Below, piece after piece: positions 53,568-64,000 of a stretch of 64,000 bases of DNA. The position numbers were made by a program, and so were the translations under genes. The number at the start of each line of letters is the position of its first letter. Within the stretch, counting starts at the first letter, position 1. Below the pieces are notes generated by a model. That model ran no database searches, was not told the origin of the DNA, and saw only the letters and a program-made list of their open reading frames with translations. Source of the DNA: Naegleria gruberi. Its lineage: Eukaryota. The DNA lies in assembly GCA_000004985.1 (NCBI GenBank), contig GG738916.1. The stretch is one strand, 5' to 3'.

Positions 53568-55320
53568 ATGCTTTCTTTTTTACGCAAGGCTTTGACACAC
53601 AACAATAACAATAATAATAACAATAAGAATAACAATACTGATAACAATAATAATAATAATAGTGATAACAATCATTTTATTCCTAATGATATTTTAATAA
53701 TAATATTTCAATTTCTTAATCAACAAGATTATATAAAAATATCATTTGTTTGTAGATATTGGAGATTTGTTGTTCAACAACCATTCCGAAAGGAATTTAC
53801 AAATTTTATTTTAAACTCTTCATATTCAATAGTTTATTGTACATTTATTATTAATGCATTTGAGTTTTTTAAATTCTTTTCTTCCATAACATTATAACAC
53901 TGTACCTGAATCAACATTTAAAACTCTGCTTTCTTCAATGAAATTACAAAGTTTATTTATTGATTCTTGTGTTGTTAAAAATAATATACCATTCAATTCT
54001 GTAAAACAATCTAATATAACTGAATTAGGATTAAATTGTAAAATGAAAAAGAAAGATTTACGTGCTTTATTTATTGTAATTCCAAATTTGAAACATTTAA
54101 GTTTAGGAATGGTAGTAACCGAATGTTTAATTAACACAGAATCATTTCTGAGTACACATTGTCATAAATTAGAAACACTCCATTTACAATTATTACCTGA
54201 AAATCAAAAAAAAATTGTAAAATTATTACATGGAATATTTAATCCATCAACAACAATATCCAATCTCATTGATATTAGAATATTTGTAACAGATAATAAT
54301 CCAACAAGTAATAGAAAATTAAATAATTTTACATTTAATTTTAATTCATTTCCAAATTTAAAATATTTATTTCTTGATATTACCTATATTTATACATTAG
54401 AATCAATTAGTAATGTATTAAATTCAAATAATATTTCAAAATTACAAGAATTTGGATTTGGAACTATTAGAAAAGCTATTGAAAAATTACAATTTAATTC
54501 GAGTGAAAATTTACAAAATTTAAAAAAATTATTTTTAAATAGAACAGAAATGATGACAAATATTGATAATCTTCCTTCATTAGAATTATTATATATAGAT
54601 GAATATGCAAAAAAACATTATTCCGCTACAAAATATTCAAAACCATGGAATTTAGCATCTAATGTGAAAATGCCATCTCTAAAATATTTACATTTAAATC
54701 TTTTTAATGAAACTCATTTACCTGATCGATTAAATGTGGAACCATTTAAAAATATTAAATATTTTTATTTTGAATCTGAATATAATATTGATTTATCAGA
54801 ATTGAGTAAATTAAATTTAGAAATATTAATTCTTAAAATTTCTGAAGAATATAATAAGAATATACTTCATCACATTTCTAAAATATCAACATTGAGAGAT
54901 TTAACATTTAGTAATCCTATTAGTGAAATTGATTTGAAATTACTTTGTAAATTACCAAATTTAGAATATCTGAATATTAGATTGGAATTTTATAGTGAAA
55001 CATCTTTTACTTTTAATTCACTAACTACACTCTCAATTCATTCAAAAAATTTGAAAGGATTAAATTTCTTTCAAATATCAAATTTACCAAAATTTAAAAC
55101 TTTACTAATTCGTAATCCTTATGATAATAACTATACATGGTGGTTGCAACCATTATTTCCAAATTTACAAATAATTAAAGCAAGTACTGACAGTTTTGGA
55201 ATATTTTTAACATCTCAATATAATGATGATATGAATTTTGGTGAGTATGAAGTTTCACAAAGAGCAGCAAATCATTTCCAAAATGAAAACGTATGGCTCT
55301 TTCCAAAAAAATTTATTTAA
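53568..55320 (+). pseudogene. F-box/LRR gene, copy A of a tandem pair. It is disrupted by a small deletion that creates a stop after codon 109; the ORF resumes at 53938.
   Basis: About 95% identical to copy B (59373..61145). Near 53880, copy A reads ttataacactg where copy B reads ttatttttccataatactg. This gives a TAA in frame. The poly-N tract at the N-terminus differs in length between the copies. Confidence 0.55.
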
Positions 55321-56031
55321 TATTAAAGCTCTGTATCAGAGGTTTCTCCTTGGTCACAGTTGATTTTTTAGAAGGATCTCCTTCAGCCAATATCTTTGGT
55401 TTCAAATGGTGAATTCAAGCAAGCCAATGCTGAGAAGGCCAAAGTTGACAATGATTATGTTTGTAAACATTTCAAATCCTATTTTTCAAAAAATTCAAAT
55501 AAAAAGTTGGTACATCATCATAGTTGTTATTTATCATCATTATAAAAGCCTCTTGGATGGTTCAAGAGATGCTGAATTCAAATGTTATAGAGATTGAACA
55601 GAATATTGTTGTACATTATATTTATTGTACCCAAGAAGGAACTTTTGGAATAAAGGACAGTTCCTTCAAGTTTACCAATTCAAATGCCTTTCATTTGGAA
55701 TAAGCCAAGCTCCCAGGAACTCACCAAGATTATGAAAAAACTGGTAACCAAGTGGAGACAACAAGGTATTATTTTGTTCCTAAAATTCAGAAAGAAAAGG
55801 GTGTCTTTACTCCCTGACTCAAACTGAAGCAATTTAGACTTCAAACGTAATATTTCCATCATTTGCAAGCCTAAGAACTGAAAAAGGATAAGGAATTGCT
55901 TTAGTGTTGAGAAATGAAGGAGAATTTTGTGAAGAATTAAGACAGGCCAAAATTAAATCCTTACAAGTCTGATTTCTAACTTGGAAAATTTATTTATTTA
56001 TTGATTGGCCCATGGTTTTACCTCATTTCCA

Positions 56032-58504
56032 TTATTTTCTGTTTACTCTCAACCAATAATCGATAATAACTTTCAAGAAATTATTGCATGGTATATTTTC
56101 TTGACAAGATAATTGGATTTTTTGTAAATAATCAAGAGTTAAATTATTTGAGCAAAATATCTTGAAATACTCAACTAGCTCTCTACAATCATTATTATTT
56201 TGTGAAACTGAAGCTAAATTTAGTAATATAATAAATTCAGTATCATTAATGGAATATAATTTTTCAACAATCAAGATACAGACATGTTTAACAATCCATG
56301 TAATATCCAATTGTTGTGCAATGATTAAAATACCAACCAAATCATTCAATTTAAGGTAATTGAACTCATATCCATAACATAATTTACATATGATTTGTAA
56401 TATTGTATTAATTTTAGCTGAATTATTGAACAAATCAATAATCCAATGATCTGATACCATCATTTCAATGAATTCATACAAGTCAACCACATTATTTTCA
56501 TTATTTTTAAATAGAATATTTAAAACTGAACTATGAACGGATAGAATTGATTTATGTAATTGCAATAATTCATTTTTATCCTTATTAATAATTACATGAA
56601 TATCACTATTACTTTCATCATTATATAATAATTTTAATGATTCAGTTACATTTTTGGCAATATTTTCAAGATTATCAATTTTATAATTAATTTGTTTAAA
56701 TGGTTGTTTAACATTATTAATTTTATCTTGAATAATTTCGAATAATGGATCTGATTTCAATAAAGTTGCATTTTCTTTAATAAATGCAAGACACTTATTT
56801 GCCAACAATAGCAAAATACTATTTTTAGCTTGTTTTAAAATATTTAAAGAAAGATAATTATTAACTATTCGTAAAATCCTCATAATGTTATCTACATTCA
56901 TTCTATTTGAAATGTCATTAAATAACAATAATTTAATTTCATGCTTGATATCATTAATATCATTTAATATAAATAGACAAGTTACTAAATTTAATTCTAA
57001 TTCTCCAAATGAAATGAAATTAATAAATTTATCATAATTACTAAATAAATCATCTATATTTAAACAATTTAAATCAATAATTGCGTTTTTAATTAAATAA
57101 TATAAAACTTTTTGGTCATTCTCATTTAAATGTTCAATTATATCATTTTTAATTAAATTATAAAAATCATTTGAAATATTTTTTAATAAATTTAAATCTA
57201 AATAAAAATTAGAATTAATTTCATAATTGAACTTAAAATTATCAGTTACCATAATATCATTAATCTTGAGACTATTCTCATTATCTGTTTCATGAATAAA
57301 AATAGTAAAATTTTTACCACAACAAATTTGAATTTCATCACCTTCCTTAATAGTAAATGGTAATTCAATTAATTTTAGTTCATTGGCTGATTTATTAGCA
57401 TATCCTAATTCGCCAAATTCATTAGATCCAAATGAATAGAACTTTTGGTCTACTGTTTGCAAAACACTGTGGAAGGTACCACTTTCCATATTAATAATAT
57501 TATCCATATTTGCTTGTTTAGAATTATAGTCAATATATTTGCATTCATTATTATATAACGATAAAATTTGATATTCATTCAATATTAATTGATCATAATT
57601 TTTCTCAAATTTAAACTCATTATAATTATTATGTAATTTAATTACTTTTTTAGGATTGTAATAATCTGCCAAGCCATAATCAATTAAAGTATAATCTAGA
57701 ATTTACAATAGAAGAATCATTAAAAATAATGAAACTAGTTCTTCCATTACATTTAATATCCTTAATATCTTCAATATTCTTATTAACTAATTTGGTAACA
57801 TTCATAAAATTATTTAAGGTAAAATAATCTTCAACATGTAATTTACCATTTACAATACTTTCAATTACAAATGGTTGGAATGATTGTGAATATTCATTCA
57901 TTCCACAAACATACAATTCATTTTCAAATGTTGTGAAAAATGTCAAATGAAATGTTACAAATATTTTGTTTACTTTTAACTTTTCTAAATTTGTATTTTG
58001 TAATAAATTAACGGCTACATCATTTGATTTTTTAGCAATGATAGCCAATTGTCCATGTTCATTATTACCAATACCAAATATGGAATTTAATTTAGATAAA
58101 AATACAACATGTTCTTTACCAATCGCAAAATCAATAATTTTGTCACTAGTATTTAAATTATTAAATTTAATCAATGTAGGAATATTAGAAATATTATTAA
58201 TAAATGAACAATTTCCCATTTTGTAAACATATCCCTTACGCGTAAGAAATATGCACAATTGATCTTGACTTTTAAATTTAATAATCTTATCATTAATTAA
58301 ATAATTTTGTAAATAATCAATTTTATCAAAACATGTATCATTTAATTTTGTAACAGTAATAATATCACTTTGTTTCTTCCAGAATCCATCTCCGCATCCG
58401 TAAACAAATTGTGATTTAGAAGAATTAATACCGAAAGCAGTGTTATTAGGTTCTGTTTCGTCGTCCACTACTTGATCAACATGGTGAATGGTGAATTGAT
58501 TCAT
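56032..58504 (-). CDS. RCC1-like repeat plus BTB/POZ domain protein. It is split into two ORFs (58504..57680 and 57672..56032) by a stop or frameshift. Coding is extremely AT-rich.
   Basis: RCC1-type blades: YGCGDGFW, FGIGNNEHGQLA, FGSNEFGELGY. A C-terminal BTB-like block: DLYEFIEMMVSDHWIIDLFNNSAKINTILQIICKLCYGYEF...LIIAQQLDI. The two ORFs are 7 nt apart and in different frames. Confidence 0.55.
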
Positions 58505-59372
58505 TTTTTTTTATAGAGTGGTCTCTCGGTTGTTATTGATACAAGAGACATTAATAAACTTGTACACCTTTTATTTTGTTATAGATTGTTACAACAAATA
58601 TTGTGCTTACTCAGCATTGCATTCATTGGTTTTGTCTAGCTAGATCGGCGGAAATGAAATCTCATTCGTGTGATTGATGTGAGAGATGTTACGCGCCAAA
58701 ATTTCTACACCAAAAAATAAGCAAAGCCACTTTTTCGAACTCTTATTTGAAAATCCATTAAGGAAATTAAACTCTCAGTACTTTCAAGAAATACCTCTAC
58801 TCATCATCATTGGTATTTAATTCAATCAACATAAATCAGCATCAATTTGGAATATTTCAATTAGAGTAGCTGGGATACATCTCACCAAAAGTAATAAGAG
58901 CAATATTGTGTGATGGTGTTTCTTCTTGGAATGAAGAAAGTTGCCAACCTCGGAAATATCAAACATTATCATTAAGCTGTAATTCAACATCACATTATAT
59001 TTATTTTTATATTAATAGTAATACTTGTTCATTAGGAATTTCTTCAACTAATTAATATATTTTCATCATGAATTCCAAAAACATTGTATGATTATTAGGG
59101 ATGTCTAATCTAATATCACCATCAAGAGAGTTGGATTATTTGTATTCATCGAGTTGTGGAATTTTACTTCATCATACCTTATCATCAGCAAGCTCACTTC
59201 AGATCATTAAGGTAAATATCTTAATGGTCATCATCAACCAGTTGCAGATTAAAACTGTGATTTAATGTCTCAATTAAGTTGATTGCTATGTTTGGAAAAT
59301 ACACGAACGATTCAATATTTCAATTTTTAAAAAGGAAGGAAGATTCTTCATGACTTTCAAAAAATTAAAAAA

Positions 59373-61145
59373 ATGCTTTCTTTTTTGCACAAGGCTTTGA
59401 CACACAACAATAACAAGAATAACAATAATAATACTAATAATACTAATAACAATACTGATAACAATAATAATAGTGATAACAATAATTTTATTCCCAATGA
59501 TATTTTAATAATAATATTTCAATTTCTCAATCAACAAGATTATATAAAAATATCATTTGTTTGTAGATATTGGAGATTTGTTGTTCAACAACCATTCCGA
59601 AAGGAATTTACAAATTATATTTTAAACTCTTCATATTCAATAGTTTATTGTACATTTATTATTAATGCATTTGAGTTTTTTAAATTCTTTTCTTCCATAA
59701 CATTATTTTTCCATAATACTGTACCTGAATCAACATTTAAAGCTCTACTTTCTTCAATGAAATTACAAAGTTTATTTATTGATTCTTGTGTTGCTAAAAA
59801 TAATATACCATTCAATTCTATAAAACAATCTAATATAACTGAATTAGGATTAAATTGTAAAATGAAAAAGAAAGATTTACGTGCTTTATTTATTGCACTT
59901 CCAAATTTGAAACATTTAAGTTTAGGAACGGTAGTAACAGAATGTTTAATTAGCACGGAATTATTTCTGAGTACACATTGTCATAAATTAGAAACACTCC
60001 ATTTACAATTATTACCTGAAAATCAAAAAAAAATTGTAAAATTATTAAATGGAATATTTAATCCATCAACAACAACAATATCCAATCTCATTGATATTAG
60101 AATATTTGTAAAAGAATATTATACAACAAGTAATAGAAAATTACATAATTTTACATTTAATTTTAATTCATTTCCAAATTTAAAATATTTATTTCTTGAT
60201 ATTACCTATATTTATACATTAGAATCAATTAGCAATGTATTAAATTCAAATAATATTTCAAAATTACAAGAATTTGGATTTGGAACTATTAGAAAAGCTA
60301 TTGAAAAATTACAATTTAATTCGAGTGAAAATTTACAAAATTTAAAAAAATTATTTTTAAATAGAACAGAAATGATGACAAATATTGATAATCTTCCTTC
60401 ATTAGAATTATTATATATAGATGAATATGCAAAAAAACATTATTCCGCTACAAAATATTCAAAACCATGGAATTTAGCATCTAATGTGAAAATGCCATCT
60501 CTAAAATATTTACATTTAAATCTTTTTAATGAAACTCATTTACCTGATCGATTAAATGTGGAATCATTTAAAAATATTAAATATTTTTATTTTGAATCAG
60601 AATATAATATTGATTTATCAGAATTGAGTAAATTAAATTTAGAAATATTAATTCTTAACATTTCTTTAAAATATAATAAGAATATATTTCATCACATTTC
60701 TAAAATATCAACATTGAGAGATTTAACATTTAGTAATCCTATTAGTGAAATTGATTTGAAATTACTTTGTAAATTACCAAATTTAGAATATCTTTATATT
60801 ACATTGGAATTTTATAGTGAAACATTTTTTACTTTTAATTCACTAACTACACTTTCAATTCATTCAGATAATTTGAAAGAATTAAATTTCTTTCAAATAT
60901 CAAATTTACCAAAATTGAAAACTTTACTAATTCGTAATCCTTTTGATAATAACCATACATGGTGGTTGCAACAATTGTTTCCAAATTTACAAATAATTAA
61001 TGCAAGTACTAACAGTATAGGAATATTTTCAACATCATCTCAATATAATGATGGTATGAATTTTGGTGAGTATGAAGTTTCACAAAGAGCAGCAAATTAT
61101 TTACAAAATGAATATGTATGGCTCTTTCCAAAAAAATTTATTTAA
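59373..61145 (+). CDS. F-box/LRR protein, intact copy B of the tandem pair, 590 aa
   Basis: F-box: IPNDILIIIFQFLNQQDYIKISFVCRYWRFVVQQPF. L-rich repeats follow (LKHLSLG, LETLHLQ, LKYLFLD, LEYLYITLEF). The N-terminus is poly-N. Confidence 0.7.
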   Translation: MLSFLHKALTHNNNKNNNNNTNNTNNNTDNNNNSDNNNFIPNDILIIIFQFLNQQDYIKISFVCRYWRFVVQQPFRKEFTNYILNSSYSIVYCTFIINAFEFFKFFSSITLFFHNTVPESTFKALLSSMKLQSLFIDSCVAKNNIPFNSIKQSNITELGLNCKMKKKDLRALFIALPNLKHLSLGTVVTECLISTELFLSTHCHKLETLHLQLLPENQKKIVKLLNGIFNPSTTTISNLIDIRIFVKEYYTTSNRKLHNFTFNFNSFPNLKYLFLDITYIYTLESISNVLNSNNISKLQEFGFGTIRKAIEKLQFNSSENLQNLKKLFLNRTEMMTNIDNLPSLELLYIDEYAKKHYSATKYSKPWNLASNVKMPSLKYLHLNLFNETHLPDRLNVESFKNIKYFYFESEYNIDLSELSKLNLEILILNISLKYNKNIFHHISKISTLRDLTFSNPISEIDLKLLCKLPNLEYLYITLEFYSETFFTFNSLTTLSIHSDNLKELNFFQISNLPKLKTLLIRNPFDNNHTWWLQQLFPNLQIINASTNSIGIFSTSSQYNDGMNFGEYEVSQRAANYLQNEYVWLFPKKFI

Positions 61146-61282
61146 CATTAAAGCTCTGTATCAGAAGTTTCTCCTTGGTCAAATCTGAATAGTGAATTCA
61201 AGTAAGGCCAAAGTTGACAATGTTCAATGAATAATGTTTGTAAACATTTCAAATCCTATTTTCAAAAAATTCAAATAAAAAA

Positions 61283-62829
61283 ATGTCAAGATTAACTTTT
61301 CCGTTACTTCTTGCTACATTGATAATCGCTTTCGTTTTGGTGTCATCAGCATCATTATCGGATCGGGTTAATGCCTTGACTCCACTCATAAAAACATCAA
61401 AATTATTCTCCATCAAACAACAGAATAATAACAAGCAATTATTTATTACTGCTACAATTTATCCTAATTTTAAAATTGTTCATGGAGTGAAGGATTTAAA
61501 ATTTGGTTTGGCTACTATTGAATATAATGATCAGTTACATGCACAAGGATTTGATACATTGGTTTTAGAGACGAGACAATCTACAAGTTTGGTGGAAGAC
61601 TTTGCTATTGCTCAGGGGGCTGGATATTTGGAAGGCTATTTGACAATGCAGAGAATTTACAATCATTTTGTGAATATTAATAGTGTATCGTGGTGGAATG
61701 CTAAGGAGAATAGAACTTTGGGAATGTCAAGTAATATTCGTCAATTTTTCAAAGATCAAAANACATGGATTTTACAACAAGTGAGCCAACACATGAATGG
61801 AACAACAGAAGAGGATTTATATTGGCNNNNNNNNNNNNNNNNNNNNNNNNNNNNNNNNNNNNNNNNNNNNNNNNNNACTGATATTATTTCAGTCATACCG
61901 TTGGGTGGGTATTTAGTGCCTTGACAAGAATGATGAAGACATACACTCTCAATTTTGCAAATCCACTCACAAAGTCTCGCACAGTGACATTTTCGAGTTA
62001 TCCTGGATCATTAGGCAGTAATGATGACTATTATCAAACTGATGGTGGTCTTGTTGTTATCGAGACAACCATTGGCATTTTGAATAATACTCTCTACGAT
62101 AATACTCATCCTCAATCATTGTTGAGTTGGTTTAGAGTTGTCTTGGCCAATAGAATGGCTACAAGTGGCAGAGAATGGTTTGAAGTTTTTAGTATTAATA
62201 ATGGAGGAACCTATAATAATGAGTGGATGATTCTCGATGTGAAAAAGTTTATTCCTGGTCAAGCTCAATTGACAAAGGATTTATTCTGGGTAATTGAACA
62301 AATACCTGGAACAGTGGTGGGATCAGATCAAACAAATCTTCTCTCCACTCGCGGATACTTTGCATCTTATAATGTTCCTTTCTATCCTTCCATTTATGAA
62401 AAAACTGGATATGCAGAATATGTGAAGAAATTTCCAGAGACTTATCATTATATGAGTTATGATAAGTGTGCCAGATCTGAAATATTCAGAAGAGATCAAC
62501 ATTTAGTCAAAGATCTGCCATCCATGCAACGAATTATGCAATATGATAATTATCATGATGAATTTTCATTCGGAAATCCTGACTGGGTAATCTCAGCAAG
62601 AGACGATTTAGCTCCAAATGTTCCAAATGGACAAAAGAGTTGTGGAGGTGGATATGACTGTAAAATATCATCTATTTCTAAATGGAATTTTGTATTTTTC
62701 AGAAGTGGACCAGCTCACCAATTTACACCTGTTTTCAAGTTTGAGAATCAATGTGGACCTCAATACTCACATGTTGGATTGCCTTTGGAGTGGAACTTCC
62801 CTTGGATTCAATTGGATAGCAGAGTTTAA
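61283..62829 (+). CDS. Phospholipase B-like (PLBD/LAMA family) protein, interrupted by a 50-N assembly gap
   Basis: Signal-like N-terminus: FPLLLATLIIAFVLVSSAS. Conserved PLB-like blocks: AQGAGYLEGYLT, NNEWMILD, SYNVPFYPSIYEKTGY. The two supplied ORFs, 61283..61924 and 61921..62829, are one gene read across the gap. Confidence 0.75.
61827..61876. other. Assembly gap: a run of 50 N, plus an isolated N at 61762
   Basis: A literal N run in the sequence. Confidence 0.99.
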
Positions 62830-63082
62830 TTTATACCCAAATGATTCATTTCAAGATTTCAGGATTAATGTGCATAATTGAGTGCATGACCATTTGTTGA
62901 ATTTATTCTTGAAAATATTAAAACGGATTAAAGTAAATTATGATAAATTCCTCTATTTGTAAGATACCGAATAACAACGATCCTTTTTAGTAAATTATTC
63001 AATTCAGGAAAAACAGAAATTCCCTTTAATACTGCAGATGTATGAAATGATATAGTCACCATTCAAAAAAACAAATATCAAA

Positions 63083-63322
63083 ATGCAACCTCAACAAAGC
63101 ACCACTGGCAGTACAATGCAAAATATTAAGGAGAAAGTCAAACATCCATTCACTCATGACACTGACACCAACATTACCTATCCAACCAGAGAACAAAAGA
63201 AATTAGCAGAATCTGGCACTACAGTTCCTCAATCCACCGTTGGAAGTGGTGGAATGTTAAATCAACCAACAACCACTCAATCCAATATTGGTAGAGAAGA
63301 ATACTTGGAAAAGAAATTGTAA
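63083..63322 (+). CDS. Possible small hydrophilic protein, 79 aa
   Basis: ATG in an A-rich context. T/Q/S-rich. It sits between two annotated genes. Short, so uncertain. Confidence 0.25.
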   Translation: MQPQQSTTGSTMQNIKEKVKHPFTHDTDTNITYPTREQKKLAESGTTVPQSTVGSGGMLNQPTTTQSNIGREEYLEKKL

Positions 63323-63382
63323 ATAAATTAAATTCCTGATTGGTTGTTAATTCGTCACCAGCAAAAAAACTTTACAAAAAAA

Positions 63383-64000
63383 ATGGCGCAAAATATCTTT
63401 GAAGTTTTGCCCAACGATTTGATCGGAGAAGTTCTCTCTCATATCAGCCATGTTGAATTACTTGTTACCTTCTCTCAAGTTTGTAAATATTGGCAGAGAA
63501 TTTGTTATGAATTAATTTGGAATTATTATGAAGAATCATTTACACATATTACGAATAATCCGAAACAAGTATTTGTTGATTTGGATCAATTTTTACATTC
63601 AAAAGAAGGAAAGAAATTTATTAGATATTTACTACGTAAACAGGTTTATGAATTTGCTTGTAAATTGGCTCAGAGTTCAACACTTTCCGATAAATCATGT
63701 AATGTGAAAGAAAAGTGGGTCGATGTGGAATTGAGTATATTGAAGGGATGTTTTAAAAGATTCTCTGATTTGGCAGAGCAACCAACGATTCCAATTCTAC
63801 AACCAAAAGTTTACAAAGATCCACCACCAACATCAGGATTGTTCAGTAGTGCTTTATCATTTATTGGATCAATGTTTTCAAAGAATTCATCAAGTAGTTC
63901 CAAAGCTACACCAATTAGTGTTGAGCCAAAACCAGAATATGATTTTCTAACAAAGGTACTTTTGGATGGCGACTATTCAAGTGGAAAGACTTCATTGCTT
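63383..64000 (+). CDS. F-box protein, 3'-truncated at the window edge. The last visible residues start a P-loop GTPase-like motif.
   Basis: ATG at 63383. F-box: LPNDLIGEVLSHISHVELLVTFSQVCKYWQRICYELIW. It is open in frame to the window end, 206 codons with no stop. The final residues KVLLDGDYSSGKTSLL fit the GxxxxGK[ST] G1 motif of small GTPases. Confidence 0.55.
   Translation, partial: MAQNIFEVLPNDLIGEVLSHISHVELLVTFSQVCKYWQRICYELIWNYYEESFTHITNNPKQVFVDLDQFLHSKEGKKFIRYLLRKQVYEFACKLAQSSTLSDKSCNVKEKWVDVELSILKGCFKRFSDLAEQPTIPILQPKVYKDPPPTSGLFSSALSFIGSMFSKNSSSSSKATPISVEPKPEYDFLTKVLLDGDYSSGKTSLL

Noticed and set aside
53892-54137. Minus-strand ORFs at 53892..54137 and 59645..59956
   Set aside because: They are antisense images of the duplicated F-box genes. 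They are identical in both copies only because the underlying duplication is.
1-64000. CRISPR arrays, prokaryotic operons or defence islands, integrons, IS elements
   Set aside because: The sequence is plainly eukaryotic (spliceosomal introns, CaaX GTPase, Pol III tRNA boxes). No direct-repeat/spacer arrays and no transposase-like ORFs were seen.

Overview
This window looks like nuclear DNA from an AT-rich protist, about 68% AT overall. Genes are dense, roughly 35 in 64 kb, many as single long ORFs and the rest with short introns of 41-130 nt (GTAAGT/GTATGT ... AG). Several proteins carry homopolymeric N, Q or E tracts. The overall style is dictyostelid or amoebozoan-like, but that is inference, not a firm assignment. 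Nothing here is prokaryotic: I see no CRISPR arrays, no operons, and nothing I can name as a transposon. Recognisable genes from left to right are: a Kelch/F-box ORF spliced in frame onto an atypical Rho GTPase; a ChrA chromate transporter; a 2295-aa tandem-cassette DExH helicase of the ASCC3/Slh1 type; two inverted tRNA-Gly(GCC) genes; F-box/LRR proteins; a K/E-rich coiled-coil protein; Rpb7; a tiny mitochondrial-type ribosomal protein bL33 gene that the ORF track missed; a mitochondrial carrier; an ADP-ribosylglycohydrolase; a serpin; a leishmanolysin-like M8 metalloprotease with EGF repeats; an RCC1-repeat plus PH-domain protein; a Fused/STK36-type kinase with an ARM/HEAT tail (4 exons); a stand-alone aspartate carbamoyltransferase; a PP1 catalytic subunit (4 exons); an alpha/beta hydrolase; a UBE2W-like E2; a VLRF1 (Vms1-like) domain protein; a metallophosphoesterase; a secreted SH3b plus lysozyme-like protein; a near-identical tandem pair of F-box/LRR genes flanking an RCC1-BTB gene; a phospholipase B-like gene broken by a 50-N assembly gap; and an F-box gene running off the right edge whose last residues begin a P-loop. 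The signals most worth following up are these. First, two separate F-box-plus-small-GTPase architectures, one carrying a Q61-equivalent proline and a CaaX box. Second, seven F-box genes in 64 kb. Third, a diverged inverted duplication of about 550 bp, each arm carrying tRNA-Gly and the 5' end of a carrier gene, bracketing a 5.65-kb gene block. Fourth, a recent tandem duplication with pseudogenisation in an extremely AT-rich sub-region at 53.5-61.3 kb. Fifth, a bacterial-type SH3b/cell-wall-hydrolase gene. Sixth, a 10-nt micro-exon. Hand-derived exon coordinates may be off by a base or two.
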